DNA of 64,000 bases from positions 1 through 64,000 of the forward strand of contig JBIOZG010000035.1 of the NCBI GenBank assembly GCA_044870765.1, in the 5' to 3' direction. The number at the start of each line of letters is the position of its first letter. Within the stretch, counting starts at the first letter, position 1. The position numbers and the translations under genes are program-made. Positions 49,443 to 59,232 of the stretch are shown here, one piece after another. This stretch comes from Nitrososphaeraceae archaeon. Its GTDB lineage: Archaea > Thermoproteota > Nitrososphaeria > Nitrososphaerales > Nitrososphaeraceae. The notes beneath the pieces were generated by a model. That model did no database searches and had not been told where the DNA came from. It saw only the letters and a list, made by a program, of their open reading frames with translations.

Positions 49443-50327
49443 ATGGATACACGATGGAAGGCAGACTTTGGTCTGAATGCTAGGATGGTCTTGAGTTTCG
49501 TTATCTTGGGTATACTCTATATCATATTCTTGAGTATACTTCACTATCTTGGAGTAGGATACATCCCACTAACGATAATAGCATCTATAATGATTTTAGC
49601 GCAGTGGTATTTCTCGGACAAAATAGTTCTATGGAGTTCTGGTGCCACCATCGTATCAAAAGAACAGTATCCTAGACTGCATGAAATTGTGGAAAGACTT
49701 TCAGCTGACAACGGAATCCCGAAACCCAAAGTTGCAATAGTTGATTCCACGGTCCCTAATGCTTTTGCCACAGGTAAAAGTCCTAAAAGCTCTCTGGTTG
49801 CAGTAACTTCAGGGATTTTAGATCTCTTGGATGATGATGAGCTTGAGGCAGTAATAGGACACGAATTGAGTCATGTTAGAAGTAGGGACGTTTTAGTTCT
49901 AACATTGGCCAGTGTATTTTCTATGGTAGCCTGGTATCTTGTGCAATTTGGATTTTTTGGTGGATTGCAAGGAAGAGGTCGAAACTCTTCGGGAGGTACG
50001 GCAATTGTGATTTTAGTTGCATTGATAACGTGGGTTGTAAGCTTCTTGATTATCAGAGCTATTTCAAGATACAGGGAATATTCAGCAGATAGAAGTGGAG
50101 CAATCATGACTGGAAAACCGGATAAATTGGCTAGTGCTCTTCTTAAAATAAGTGGCAAAATGGGAAATATTCCAACAAAGGAATTAGAAAACGTTCAAAA
50201 ATTGAATGCATTCTTTATAATCCCTGCTCTTTCTGGAAGTTCTATTGCCAACCTATTCTCTACTCACCCTCCTGTAGAAAAGCGAGTTCAAAAACTAAGG
50301 GAAATGAAAAGTGGCGGAAATAAATAG
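49443..50327 (+). CDS. htpX: Zinc metalloprotease HtpX
   Basis: PNAFATG, GHELSH, SRYREYSAD, FSTHPP. Confidence 0.96.
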   Translation: MDTRWKADFGLNARMVLSFVILGILYIIFLSILHYLGVGYIPLTIIASIMILAQWYFSDKIVLWSSGATIVSKEQYPRLHEIVERLSADNGIPKPKVAIVDSTVPNAFATGKSPKSSLVAVTSGILDLLDDDELEAVIGHELSHVRSRDVLVLTLASVFSMVAWYLVQFGFFGGLQGRGRNSSGGTAIVILVALITWVVSFLIIRAISRYREYSADRSGAIMTGKPDKLASALLKISGKMGNIPTKELENVQKLNAFFIIPALSGSSIANLFSTHPPVEKRVQKLREMKSGGNK

Positions 50328-50449
50328 TAAAAAGAATTGAATTAGTCCATGAGTGTTACTCTAAATGCAATCTAAGGCCTTTAGTTTTTGATTTTCTGAT
50401 CACGTGCACTATGTGGACAGATTAATTCAGGCCGTACTTGTACCTGACA

Positions 50450-50887
50450 CTAGGTGGGTCCAACGGGAACTGTAGGTTGTTGGTTCATCACATGAACTGT
50501 AACTATATCATCGTCTTCTCTATCAACCTCATCTTTAACTTTTAATTTGAACTCATATGTAACTTCCCCGGCTGCCACCTCTGGAGCCTTGAACGAAGCT
50601 TCAGGTTTATCGTCATTATCTATTGCAATGGGTTGATTATTTTGTACTTTGGCGCCATTTACCCTGACTAATTCCCAATCATAGTCAACGAATTTTTTAA
50701 ATCCGCCTTTGCTATCAGAACCATCAAGCTTCACCTCTTGATTTTCAAAGACCTTGAAGTCATTACCTGCGTCGGCTCTAATTCTCGGATATTTCCCAGC
50801 TTCTGCTGTACTCCATGTTAAAAGTTGCATCGCAGTAAACGCGACGGCAAAAACCAGCATAACATATACGTATTTGTTCATCCTCAT
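50450..50887 (-). CDS. Secreted PKD/Ig-like domain protein
   Basis: ADAG...VKLDGSDS...YDWE...FKAP...FKLKVKD. Confidence 0.85.
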   Translation of the reverse strand: MRMNKYVYVMLVFAVAFTAMQLLTWSTAEAGKYPRIRADAGNDFKVFENQEVKLDGSDSKGGFKKFVDYDWELVRVNGAKVQNNQPIAIDNDDKPEASFKAPEVAAGEVTYEFKLKVKDEVDREDDDIVTVHVMNQQPTVPVGPT

Positions 50888-51144
50888 AAAGTGCTCTATC
50901 TCTTGTAAATAATCTTTTCGATTAGATATTTGGTCAATTTTGTAAACTTTTTTAGACTACTTGATCCAGCGCCACAAGAGAATTAGTATCAAAAATAGAA
51001 AATCGTTCTCGATACTTAAATGAAGAACATGTGATCACTAGTACTGCGAATTTCTAAGAGTACTCTTTGATTAGTATCGAAATTCTATCCAAAATAGAAT
51101 TTAATATAAGAATATTTTAACAAATGCGCAATCTGAATAGTACA

Positions 51145-51396
51145 TTACTGAAAATCATGTAATGGCTTGTCCTTGTGTAGTTCTATTTTCCTCCTTATCT
51201 CTGCTTTGTGTTTATTCAGGATGTGTTCATTGGCACAATTGTCATGCATAATACCAATTTCGCAGAATTCACACGATGTAACAAAGTCTTGATTCCTTAA
51301 CTTTTTGTTACAGAATTTGCAAACTTTTGTTTCAATATCGTAGATCGAGAGAGGTTTCAACCAAGCCTCTCGCCAAAGTACACTGATGCTCACCAT
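51145..51396 (-). CDS. Small Cys/His zinc-finger protein
   Basis: CKFC...CEFC...HDNCANEH. Confidence 0.7.
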   Translation of the reverse strand: MVSISVLWREAWLKPLSIYDIETKVCKFCNKKLRNQDFVTSCEFCEIGIMHDNCANEHILNKHKAEIRRKIELHKDKPLHDFQ

Positions 51397-51538
51397 TAAC
51401 AGAGATCTTTGATATATTATATTTATTCTAAAGTGATATTAGAATGTAAAACTCTTGCCTTCATATTATTTAGATTTCCTTTTCTCAGTAATGATATTTA
51501 GATTTCAAAAAGAAATAAAGGAACGGTTTTATGTTGGA

Positions 51539-51796
51539 TTACCTTAATTTCTTATATTGATATTTTATTAACCAATTAATCATTTTATGTTGTATGAATA
51601 CCAGAGTCATCAATAAAGCTTCAGCTGGGAATGGCTCTCCCTTGGCATTTATTGCATTACTATATCTATGACAGTCATTTAACATTTGTAAAAATAATCT
51701 TCTGTCCTCTGAATATAACATGTCAGCAAAACCCTTCCATGATTCGATTTCTCGTATTAGAATATCATCTTCTGGAAATAAGATCATATATATCAC
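51539..51796 (-). CDS. Small helical PolB2-associated protein (arCOG07300-like), paralog 2
   Basis: EIESWKGFADML..EDRRLF..ML...LLMTL; similar to the adjacent gene. Confidence 0.75.
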   Translation of the reverse strand: MIYMILFPEDDILIREIESWKGFADMLYSEDRRLFLQMLNDCHRYSNAINAKGEPFPAEALLMTLVFIQHKMINWLIKYQYKKLR

Positions 51797-52059
51797 TAAG
51801 TTAGATCCATTGCAAATTTTATATTGGATTTAGATAATTGAAACAGTTTTTTATAATTAGGAAATACAATGGACATTAAAATAGCTTGTATTCTGACAGG
51901 TCTAACACATTGATAGGATGCAGTATTATATAGTCGTGTAAGTAAAAACATTTCATCAAATATCTTCTTGTCTGTTTTATCAAGGAGATTTCGGAATGGT
52001 TTCCATTTTCGCTCTTCAATTGTACTTGAGATTCTGAATGATGGAGTTGTTCTGCCCAT
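51796..52059 (-). CDS. Small helical PolB2-associated protein (arCOG07300-like), paralog 1
   Basis: MGRTTPSFR...WKPFRNLLDKTDKKIFDEMF...ILMSI. Confidence 0.8.
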   Translation of the reverse strand: MGRTTPSFRISSTIEERKWKPFRNLLDKTDKKIFDEMFLLTRLYNTASYQCVRPVRIQAILMSIVFPNYKKLFQLSKSNIKFAMDLT

Positions 52060-52067
52060 TTTATCAT

Positions 52068-52856
52068 CTACTTATTTGAAACTATTAGTAAGTCGCTCTT
52101 GGATATTAAATATTTCCTATTCATGGTAACATAATTAGTAACATATTTGCAGGATTTTTCATTTATTTTCACGTTAAATCGCTCACTGAATTTGTTTTGA
52201 ATAATTTCTATATTTTTATTAAACAAAGGAAGTAGCGTATTGCAATATAAATCTGAAATAGAAAGAAGTTTATTTAATAGTATTGAAATTATAAATAAGA
52301 TATTATTTTTACGAGATAATATCAATATGGCATCCATAATTTCTTTTATTAATGATTTAGCTTCTTTGATATCGATTTCATCTTGAATAAACATATCAAA
52401 CAAATCTGGAATTAATATTAATTTAGCATTGAATTTATGAATCATATTGGGTAGCTTATAGACTATTAAATGTACAAGTTGATATAATGTAAAAACCCTT
52501 GTTACCACTACTCTTTGTAAGACTTGTTTGGTATTCAATCCATACTGTCGTCCAAATTCTACATACTGATATACATCTGTGCTGTTCCCTGCATCTATAA
52601 CTAATACATTTGAATGAGATGTACAATTGGATATAAAACCACAAGACCTTCTAGGAAGTAAGCAGCATACGCCAATTCTTGTTAAAAGTATATTTGTAAG
52701 TTCTGAAATTCCTACCACACACACAATATCGTGAATTTCAAGTTCTATTGCAGACGTTAATCCTCTAATTTCAAGTTTAACATTATCAAGATATTCATAA
52801 GCATTTTGGAATTTTGGTTCATAATCATTTTGATTAAATGTAGTAAGATGAGACAT
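52068..52856 (-). CDS. Inactivated RadA/Rad51-like protein (PolB2-associated)
   Basis: RecA-fold segments VLVIDAGNSTD and VLQRVVVTRVFTLYQL; no Walker A GKT/S. Confidence 0.82.
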   Translation of the reverse strand: MSHLTTFNQNDYEPKFQNAYEYLDNVKLEIRGLTSAIELEIHDIVCVVGISELTNILLTRIGVCCLLPRRSCGFISNCTSHSNVLVIDAGNSTDVYQYVEFGRQYGLNTKQVLQRVVVTRVFTLYQLVHLIVYKLPNMIHKFNAKLILIPDLFDMFIQDEIDIKEAKSLIKEIMDAILILSRKNNILFIISILLNKLLSISDLYCNTLLPLFNKNIEIIQNKFSERFNVKINEKSCKYVTNYVTMNRKYLISKSDLLIVSNK

Positions 52857-53125
52857 GAGTTCTTTTTAGAATGTTGGAATATTTAACAAAAGAAGCTCCT
52901 GTGAGATGGGGAGGGGGATTTGAAAGAAGTGATAATCTAATGGTTCAAAAATACTGGCTATAAGACACATTATATTAGGTATACCGGCGTGCAAGATATT
53001 CGGCAGTTAATTTCTTAGCAGTTTTCACGAGTTGTATTTACAGAGTATAATATTTGGGTTAGGAATCAGGCGATAAATGGAAGTCTGATGTACAGATAAA
53101 TATCTAAAAATATACCATCATTATC

Positions 53126-54319
53126 ATGAAAATTCCTCCATACCAAGTTTTTATAATTACATTACTCATAATAGGATCATCCACAGTTGCTGAGGGAAGT
53201 GATATAGATAATAAAGAAAAGAAAAAAATCTCCGAAAGTCTAAATTATAGTGAAATAAAGAATCTAACTCAGAACGAAGATGACTCTGTATATCCCCAGA
53301 TAAGTTCATCATCAAATAGTGTATATGTGATCTGGCAAGAGTCTGTAGGGAATTACGCAAGCAAAAATTATGATATATTCTTTATGAAGAGTAACGATGG
53401 AGGAGACACTTTTGGAGACCCGGTAAACCTTAGTAATAACCCTGGGTTTTCGGAACATCCACAAATCGCATCTGTTGGAGATAATATCTATATTGCATGG
53501 GTGGACGACTCCTCTGGCGAAAGAAAAGTAATGTTTTCCAAGAGTCCCGACAGTGGCAAGACATTCTCTGAAAATATTATGGTAGCTCAGAACACAATAG
53601 GTCCACATCATGCCGAGCTTGCCGCAAAAGGGAAAAATGTATACATAGTATGGAATGGATTTAACACAGAAATTAACAATAAGGTATTGTTTAGTAAAAG
53701 TGACGATGAGGGTGAAACTTTCGGAGAACTAAGAGAGATTGGCAAAGCTGATGCAGAAACCTATCCCAAGATAGCCGCAAATGCAGATGGTTATTACATA
53801 ACATGGGATAAAAAGATGGATAAAGATACAGAAATCTTGTTTATTAAAGGTCAAGAATACAACAGCGCATATAATGATACTAATCCTAGAAAACTAAATA
53901 CCCAAGGAATAGATGGGGGCGAATCTCAAGTGGCTGCATTTACCGATCGTGCACTAGTTTCATGGACTAGCAATTTGCCAGTAGATAAAAAATATGTTTA
54001 CACTAAAAGCAGCGAAAACAATGGTAACGATTTTGGGAGTACAATTCTCATATCTTCTATTAACTCGTCAAATGTGGAAAATATGATTGTTAATGACACG
54101 ATATACGTCGCGTGGCAAGATGATATAAATGGTAATCAAGATATCTACCTGACCACGAGTAAAATCAATGAAACTAGTAAGGATATGCCAGTAAATGTTA
54201 GCGACAACACTGGAGTCTCAGAATGTCCTTCTATTACAGTATCGCGAAATGGAATTCACATGGTATGGGAAGATAATACAACAGGAAATCATGAAGTTTT
54301 GTATAAACGCTTAACTTAA
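53126..54319 (+). CDS. Secreted BNR/Asp-box (sialidase-like) beta-propeller protein
   Basis: Asp-boxes SNDGGDTF, SPDSGKTF, SDDEGETF, SENNGNDF. Confidence 0.88.
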   Translation: MKIPPYQVFIITLLIIGSSTVAEGSDIDNKEKKKISESLNYSEIKNLTQNEDDSVYPQISSSSNSVYVIWQESVGNYASKNYDIFFMKSNDGGDTFGDPVNLSNNPGFSEHPQIASVGDNIYIAWVDDSSGERKVMFSKSPDSGKTFSENIMVAQNTIGPHHAELAAKGKNVYIVWNGFNTEINNKVLFSKSDDEGETFGELREIGKADAETYPKIAANADGYYITWDKKMDKDTEILFIKGQEYNSAYNDTNPRKLNTQGIDGGESQVAAFTDRALVSWTSNLPVDKKYVYTKSSENNGNDFGSTILISSINSSNVENMIVNDTIYVAWQDDINGNQDIYLTTSKINETSKDMPVNVSDNTGVSECPSITVSRNGIHMVWEDNTTGNHEVLYKRLT

Positions 54320-54363
54320 CCCATTGATGTTATGTCTGTTTATTAGTAAACCCAAAAACCCAA

Positions 54364-54915
54364 TTATCTGTCCCGACCGGCTCCAAATAAACTCAAAATA
54401 CTAGTTACCATCATGCCAACAGTATACGAAGATTGATATTCTTGCAAATACGGAATAAAATGCGCAGTAAGTAGGGTTCCTAATGCAACTATCGAACCGT
54501 ATTCAGTTACCTTTTTTAGGATAGTATGTTCCTTGTTAAAAGGAGCGAGAAGCATACCCAATATCCATATACCAAATAACCAAAACATCACTTTCGATGC
54601 AATAAATGAAGTTGCAGAGAAGGAAGCACCGAAATACATTGCAGTAACTATAAAATCGCCCATCATTAAATTCGGAAATATTGAATCAAATGATCTAAGC
54701 TTTGTGATATAGTATCCAAAAATAGCACCAGCGATAGCAACAGCTGCTATACTCCCCCCAACAAAAGGAACATTGTCAATACAATGGAAAAAAAGGACGT
54801 ATGGGCTAATACTACCACAAAAAACGTAACTAGAAACTATTGACATCATAAACGATTTTACAATTACACTAGCCAAAAAAAGTAGAACTTTATGAGATCG
54901 TTCCAATTTATTCAA
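54364..54915 (-). CDS. Hypothetical membrane protein
   Basis: Multiple TM helices. Confidence 0.6.
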   Translation of the reverse strand: MNKLERSHKVLLFLASVIVKSFMMSIVSSYVFCGSISPYVLFFHCIDNVPFVGGSIAAVAIAGAIFGYYITKLRSFDSIFPNLMMGDFIVTAMYFGASFSATSFIASKVMFWLFGIWILGMLLAPFNKEHTILKKVTEYGSIVALGTLLTAHFIPYLQEYQSSYTVGMMVTSILSLFGAGRDR

Positions 54916-55131
54916 AAAATAGTGTTCCTAGGAAATATTCCATACCAAACTTAATACTTGCATAAATAAAACCTTATTTGATTAGTGAGATTCTAATTTT
55001 ATAATTCCAAATTAACATACGGGTGGAAAGTGAATTTTTTGAAATCGATGTAGGAGTGAAGAAACACTAAGAACAGTGCTTCTGTTTGAAATATTATGTT
55101 AACAGCTTTAATAATAAAAAAATAATATTTA

Positions 55132-55533
55132 CTAATTGAGAGACAGTCTATTTAATAAGGGCTCACGCAGAGGTTCAGGTACTATATCATCGAAAGTTTG
55201 ATTGGTCAATTTTTGTCTAATTTGAGCAAGTTCCTCTCCAGTGATACTTTGCAAGACTTTAGTCAACGTGAAATTGTCCAAGAGTTTGAGGCTTTGCTCA
55301 ATTACTGTTGATTCCTGATTGACCAACCCATAAGTAGCAATGTTAGTTGGCGAAAGAGAGGATAGGTCATTAGCAATACTGCACGCAGTAGATGAATAAT
55401 TCCCGCTATCGCACTTTACAACAAGATCGTTGGGCGGTTGTGGATTTGGTACTGTTGCATATTTAGCAGCGTCTACTTCCCAAATTGGGAGAATTAACAA
55501 AAGAACCAAGACGAGAAAAATTCTCAACATCAC
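55132..55533 (-). CDS. Secreted hypothetical protein
   Basis: Signal peptide ending VDA, helical body. Confidence 0.65.
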   Translation of the reverse strand: MMLRIFLVLVLLLILPIWEVDAAKYATVPNPQPPNDLVVKCDSGNYSSTACSIANDLSSLSPTNIATYGLVNQESTVIEQSLKLLDNFTLTKVLQSITGEELAQIRQKLTNQTFDDIVPEPLREPLLNRLSLN

Positions 55534-55666
55534 ATATTTTAACGGACAAGATATATACTTTATTGATCAAAACAAAGCACTCAAAACATTAGAACAATTG
55601 GAGTAGATGGACGCTAGGCAAAGATACTGGGATTAAATTTAGTCATGGTCATGTAAGCTTCGCTAT

Positions 55667-55963
55667 TTATGAATCTAAATATGAAATCAACTGTGCTCTA
55701 GCGTATCCCTTTCCTATCTTGGTAATCTTAATTTTTACTCTATCATCCGGTTTTGTCCCTCCGACGAAAGTGACCAGACCTCTTATTCGTGTAACGCCAG
55801 AATCGCCATTCCTGCTCATATCCTGGATAATTACGTCATACTCCTCTCCAATCTTTACTGGATGTTGAAAAGATGATTCACGGAATGATCCTTGTTTAGG
55901 TAAATAAGTATTCCGCTCTTTGTTCTTATTTACATCACGCAGGGAATCGTCTAAAGTATCCAA
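55667..55963 (-). CDS. Single TRAM-domain RNA-binding protein
   Basis: PVKIGEEYDV.I...GDSGV.RIRGLVTFV...DRVKIKITKI. Confidence 0.9.
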   Translation of the reverse strand: MDTLDDSLRDVNKNKERNTYLPKQGSFRESSFQHPVKIGEEYDVIIQDMSRNGDSGVTRIRGLVTFVGGTKPDDRVKIKITKIGKGYARAQLISYLDS

Positions 55964-56499
55964 TCTTGTCTTAATTTGGACCTACACATATTTCAATATT
56001 AATTCTTGTATTTTTAGTACAATTGTCACCTCGATTAATTTGTCACAAATTCATCGATATTACAATATAATATATGCTCTGTATTGGTTGGATACCTTCT
56101 CAAAGCTCATCCATTGTAAATTTGTTATAACACATATTGCATCTAAATTTCTCATTTCCAGGATTACTTGAAATTACTTCAAGTTGACTTTTAGTCCTAC
56201 ATTTTGGACATTTACCGTAAACAGTTTTTCTGGTTATGAAAATGATAGTATTATAATGAATATAAATATTCTACTATGATGATTTCAGACGAATTGTCAC
56301 TGGTTTACCATGATGCATTATGCCTTTACTATCTCTAGATATAATAGATCAAAGAGCCATTAAATCCAGACAAAGAATTACGTGCTCACCTTCAATCAAT
56401 GGCAATAATTAGTAATTTGAGATTAATTGATATCAAAACTTGAGTTTTTTTACGAAAATTATCGCCACAGTTAGAGTTTGACAGCGGCAATGGATCTTA

Positions 56500-56833
56500 G
56501 AAGGCAATATTTTTTCAAATTTGTCAGGATCAAACTGCTGTCATAAAACCTCAATTATTGACCCAAGAATCGCCCAAAACATTACGATTGTTTAACCACT
56601 GAAAACTCAAAAAGTATCAATCAGATTCAACTATATCGATATCTGGTCTGGTTTAGCGGCATGACGAGATAGGTTACTGTCATGATAGTTCCATATATTG
56701 TGCCGAAAATCATAGCTTTTCTGGAAGCTTTTTGATTTAGTTTTTTGGCGAAGGTAGCAACTGCAAGTGCGCTAACTCCGGAAATAAAAAGAAACGCGGC
56801 AAATAATCCCTGGCGACAATAAATCGTGTCAGA
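56500..56833 (-). pseudogene. Decayed C-terminal half of a CbtA-family cobalt transporter subunit
   Basis: SDTIYCRQGLF..FLFISG.SAL...IYGTIM..TYLVMP, then after a frameshift PDQISI*...F*...MFWAILG with several in-frame stops. Confidence 0.65.
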
Positions 56834-56875
56834 AGTAATAACTCATTTAAGTGTCCAGAATAGATAAAAGATCAA

Positions 56876-57196
56876 ATGGTATCAAATAAGAATTCACTAT
56901 TTGGAGTATTTGCAGTACATAGTCCAGAATCATGCCCGCTAAATAATGAGAAAAGCAAAGGAATTTTTAAAGAAATGAAACGTAATCTTGAAAGTAATAT
57001 TTCAAAATTTAATGTAAAAAAAATCGTTGCCTTTTACATGTCAGTTCTGGAACATGAGTGGGTCATAATTTTAGAAGCAGAAAACGCACATGATATTGAG
57101 GAGCTGAGTATAGCGGTGGGAATTTCTTCATTCAATACCGTAAAGATAGTACCTCTAAGATATTTTGATGATGTTATCAAAAAGCTTGAAAGTTAG
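56876..57196 (+). CDS. Hypothetical GYD/DUF3303-like protein
   Basis: VHSPESCPLNN...EHEWVIILEA...KIVPL. Confidence 0.75.
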   Translation: MVSNKNSLFGVFAVHSPESCPLNNEKSKGIFKEMKRNLESNISKFNVKKIVAFYMSVLEHEWVIILEAENAHDIEELSIAVGISSFNTVKIVPLRYFDDVIKKLES

Positions 57197-57237
57197 TGTT
57201 ATCTTGCATCCTGTAACAGATCAAACTCTAAATTTTT

Positions 57238-58233
57238 TCATCTAATTGAATAGATTGGCTTTATTAAATCAGCAATATCTGTCCAACACCTTGCTATTTC
57301 GTCCATTGTGTAGACTATGTGTATTATCTTTAATACAGATTGATAATCACCTTCTAGCTTGATATAATCATTCTTTAAGAAGGCGGATATTGTATTAAAC
57401 TTATTGAAAAGAGTTACTACATGAGCGGACTTTTCCGTATCCTTGGTTATGAATCCCAATATTGATTTTTCTTGCATTTCCAGAATCAAGTAATTTGCGT
57501 CAATTATTTTTTCATATTTAATTTCATCGAAGAATCCTGATAATTGGGAGGATAATTTAGAAATAAGATCTCCTGCATTTTCCAAATGATTTGCCGCAAT
57601 TCTATAATCTAAAATATCGATATTACTCAGATCCAGACTCGAAGCCAATCTGCGATCCATCATTGCCGTTCTAATTAATCGTACGATTAGAAAATATTGC
57701 CTATTCACTTCATCATCTCTTCCCCTCACAAGTAGATCGATATCGGTATCTCTTGTTTTCATAGCGTTAACTATATCCCGGTGCATGCCACTGACAATAG
57801 AGCTCATTTGTTTCAATATTTTTGAGATATTCATAGAATGAGCGTCCAAGAGGAACTGGATGGTCATATTCAGCCCGTCTTCGTCAACTATTTCAAGACC
57901 AATCAAATTTCGCATCGCTTTTTTAACGATTTCTCGATTGTTAAAATCGATTTGAGTTTTGCTGACTATCTTTATGAAGTCATAACCTAACAGATATGCT
58001 CCATATATCTGATTTATCAATTTGTCATGAGAAAGATCTGATAGGTGTATAGCTATTTCCTTGGTTTGACTATTTTTATCACTAGCGGGAAAGATCGTGA
58101 TAGAATTATCATCGTTATTTTCGATAGATAGTATGTCTCCCTTTTTTAGACCTAGCGTCTTTATCCATTCGGCTGGTAATGACATCAAGACACTACTTCC
58201 AATTTTCTGTAAGCGTCGTTCGTTCTGAAACAT
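57238..58233 (-). CDS. phoU: Archaeal PhoU-family phosphate uptake regulator with N-terminal AbrB domain
   Basis: RRLQKIGSS..SLPAEW...LKKGD; AYLLGYD; RDDEVNRQYFL; LENAGD. Confidence 0.9.
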   Translation of the reverse strand: MFQNERRLQKIGSSVLMSLPAEWIKTLGLKKGDILSIENNDDNSITIFPASDKNSQTKEIAIHLSDLSHDKLINQIYGAYLLGYDFIKIVSKTQIDFNNREIVKKAMRNLIGLEIVDEDGLNMTIQFLLDAHSMNISKILKQMSSIVSGMHRDIVNAMKTRDTDIDLLVRGRDDEVNRQYFLIVRLIRTAMMDRRLASSLDLSNIDILDYRIAANHLENAGDLISKLSSQLSGFFDEIKYEKIIDANYLILEMQEKSILGFITKDTEKSAHVVTLFNKFNTISAFLKNDYIKLEGDYQSVLKIIHIVYTMDEIARCWTDIADLIKPIYSIR

Positions 58234-58296
58234 ACTAATTTAAATGCATATAAATTAATTAAACATTATTCTTATATTTTTCAAAATATTATATTA

Positions 58297-59232
58297 TTGC
58301 ATAGAATGACCTTAGAGATAAATCCACCCATTTCTATCGCCAAGGCGTATAGCCCAAGCCACATTACCGGATTCTATAGTGAGGTCAAAGGCGAATCTAT
58401 TTTGAAACAAGGTTCTCTCGGGACAGGGATCTCCATTAGCAAAGGAGTAAGAACCACAGTCGAGCTCTATGATAGTGAAACGAACAATTTCATTATTCAA
58501 ATCAACGGTGCCGTTTCGAGAGATGCTCTCGTTTCAAGATATATAATAAAGGAATTCCTGAATAAAGTAAACAAAAAGTACTTTCTAAAAGTAAATCATG
58601 AAGTTGATGTACCAATAGGATATGGAATTGGAACAAGTGGATCTGGAGCACTGAGTTTGTCGTATGCACTCAACGAAGCACTTTCATCGGGTCTATCCGA
58701 TATAGAATCGGCTCAGATAGCTCATAAGGCTGAGATAGAGTGCAAAACAGGTTTGGGTACGGTACTTTCAGAATTTTACGGAGGACTGTGTCTTCGGACA
58801 AAAGCAGGGGCGCCTGGTATTGGAAAAACAAGCGTGATAAAAATAAATAATTACAAAATCGCAATTTTCTGTTTTTCACCCATTTTTACCCGATATTTTA
58901 TCGACAGAATCAGAAAGATATCAAACCATGATTGTAACAAGATGATTATGAAAGTCCTAAAGACAAAAAAGATCTCGGACTTCCTGGAACTATCATACCA
59001 GTTTTCAAAATCTTTGGAGTATGCAAATACAAGTTGTAATAGTCTGATTGATATGTTAGTACGGAACGGTTTTTCTGGAAGTACGGCTCTGTTTGGGCAA
59101 ACGGTTTTCACAATAGTGAAAGAAAACGAACTAAGCACAATTGGCAAGATTTCAAAAAATTTCCCTGCAAGATTATTTATTTCTGATATTGAAAATGAGG
59201 GCGCCAAAATTATTAGAAAAAATGACACATAA
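58297..59232 (+). CDS. pok: Pantoate kinase (GHMP family)
   Basis: PSHITGF, GSLGTG, PIGYGIGTSG, AHKAEI..KTGLGTV, GAPG. Confidence 0.92.
   Translation: MHRMTLEINPPISIAKAYSPSHITGFYSEVKGESILKQGSLGTGISISKGVRTTVELYDSETNNFIIQINGAVSRDALVSRYIIKEFLNKVNKKYFLKVNHEVDVPIGYGIGTSGSGALSLSYALNEALSSGLSDIESAQIAHKAEIECKTGLGTVLSEFYGGLCLRTKAGAPGIGKTSVIKINNYKIAIFCFSPIFTRYFIDRIRKISNHDCNKMIMKVLKTKKISDFLELSYQFSKSLEYANTSCNSLIDMLVRNGFSGSTALFGQTVFTIVKENELSTIGKISKNFPARLFISDIENEGAKIIRKNDT

Noticed and set aside
52903-52923. Minus-strand TTCAAATCCCCCTCCCCA resembling a tRNA 3' end (att site)
   Set aside because: No 5' T-stem partner, no second copy and no integrase in the window
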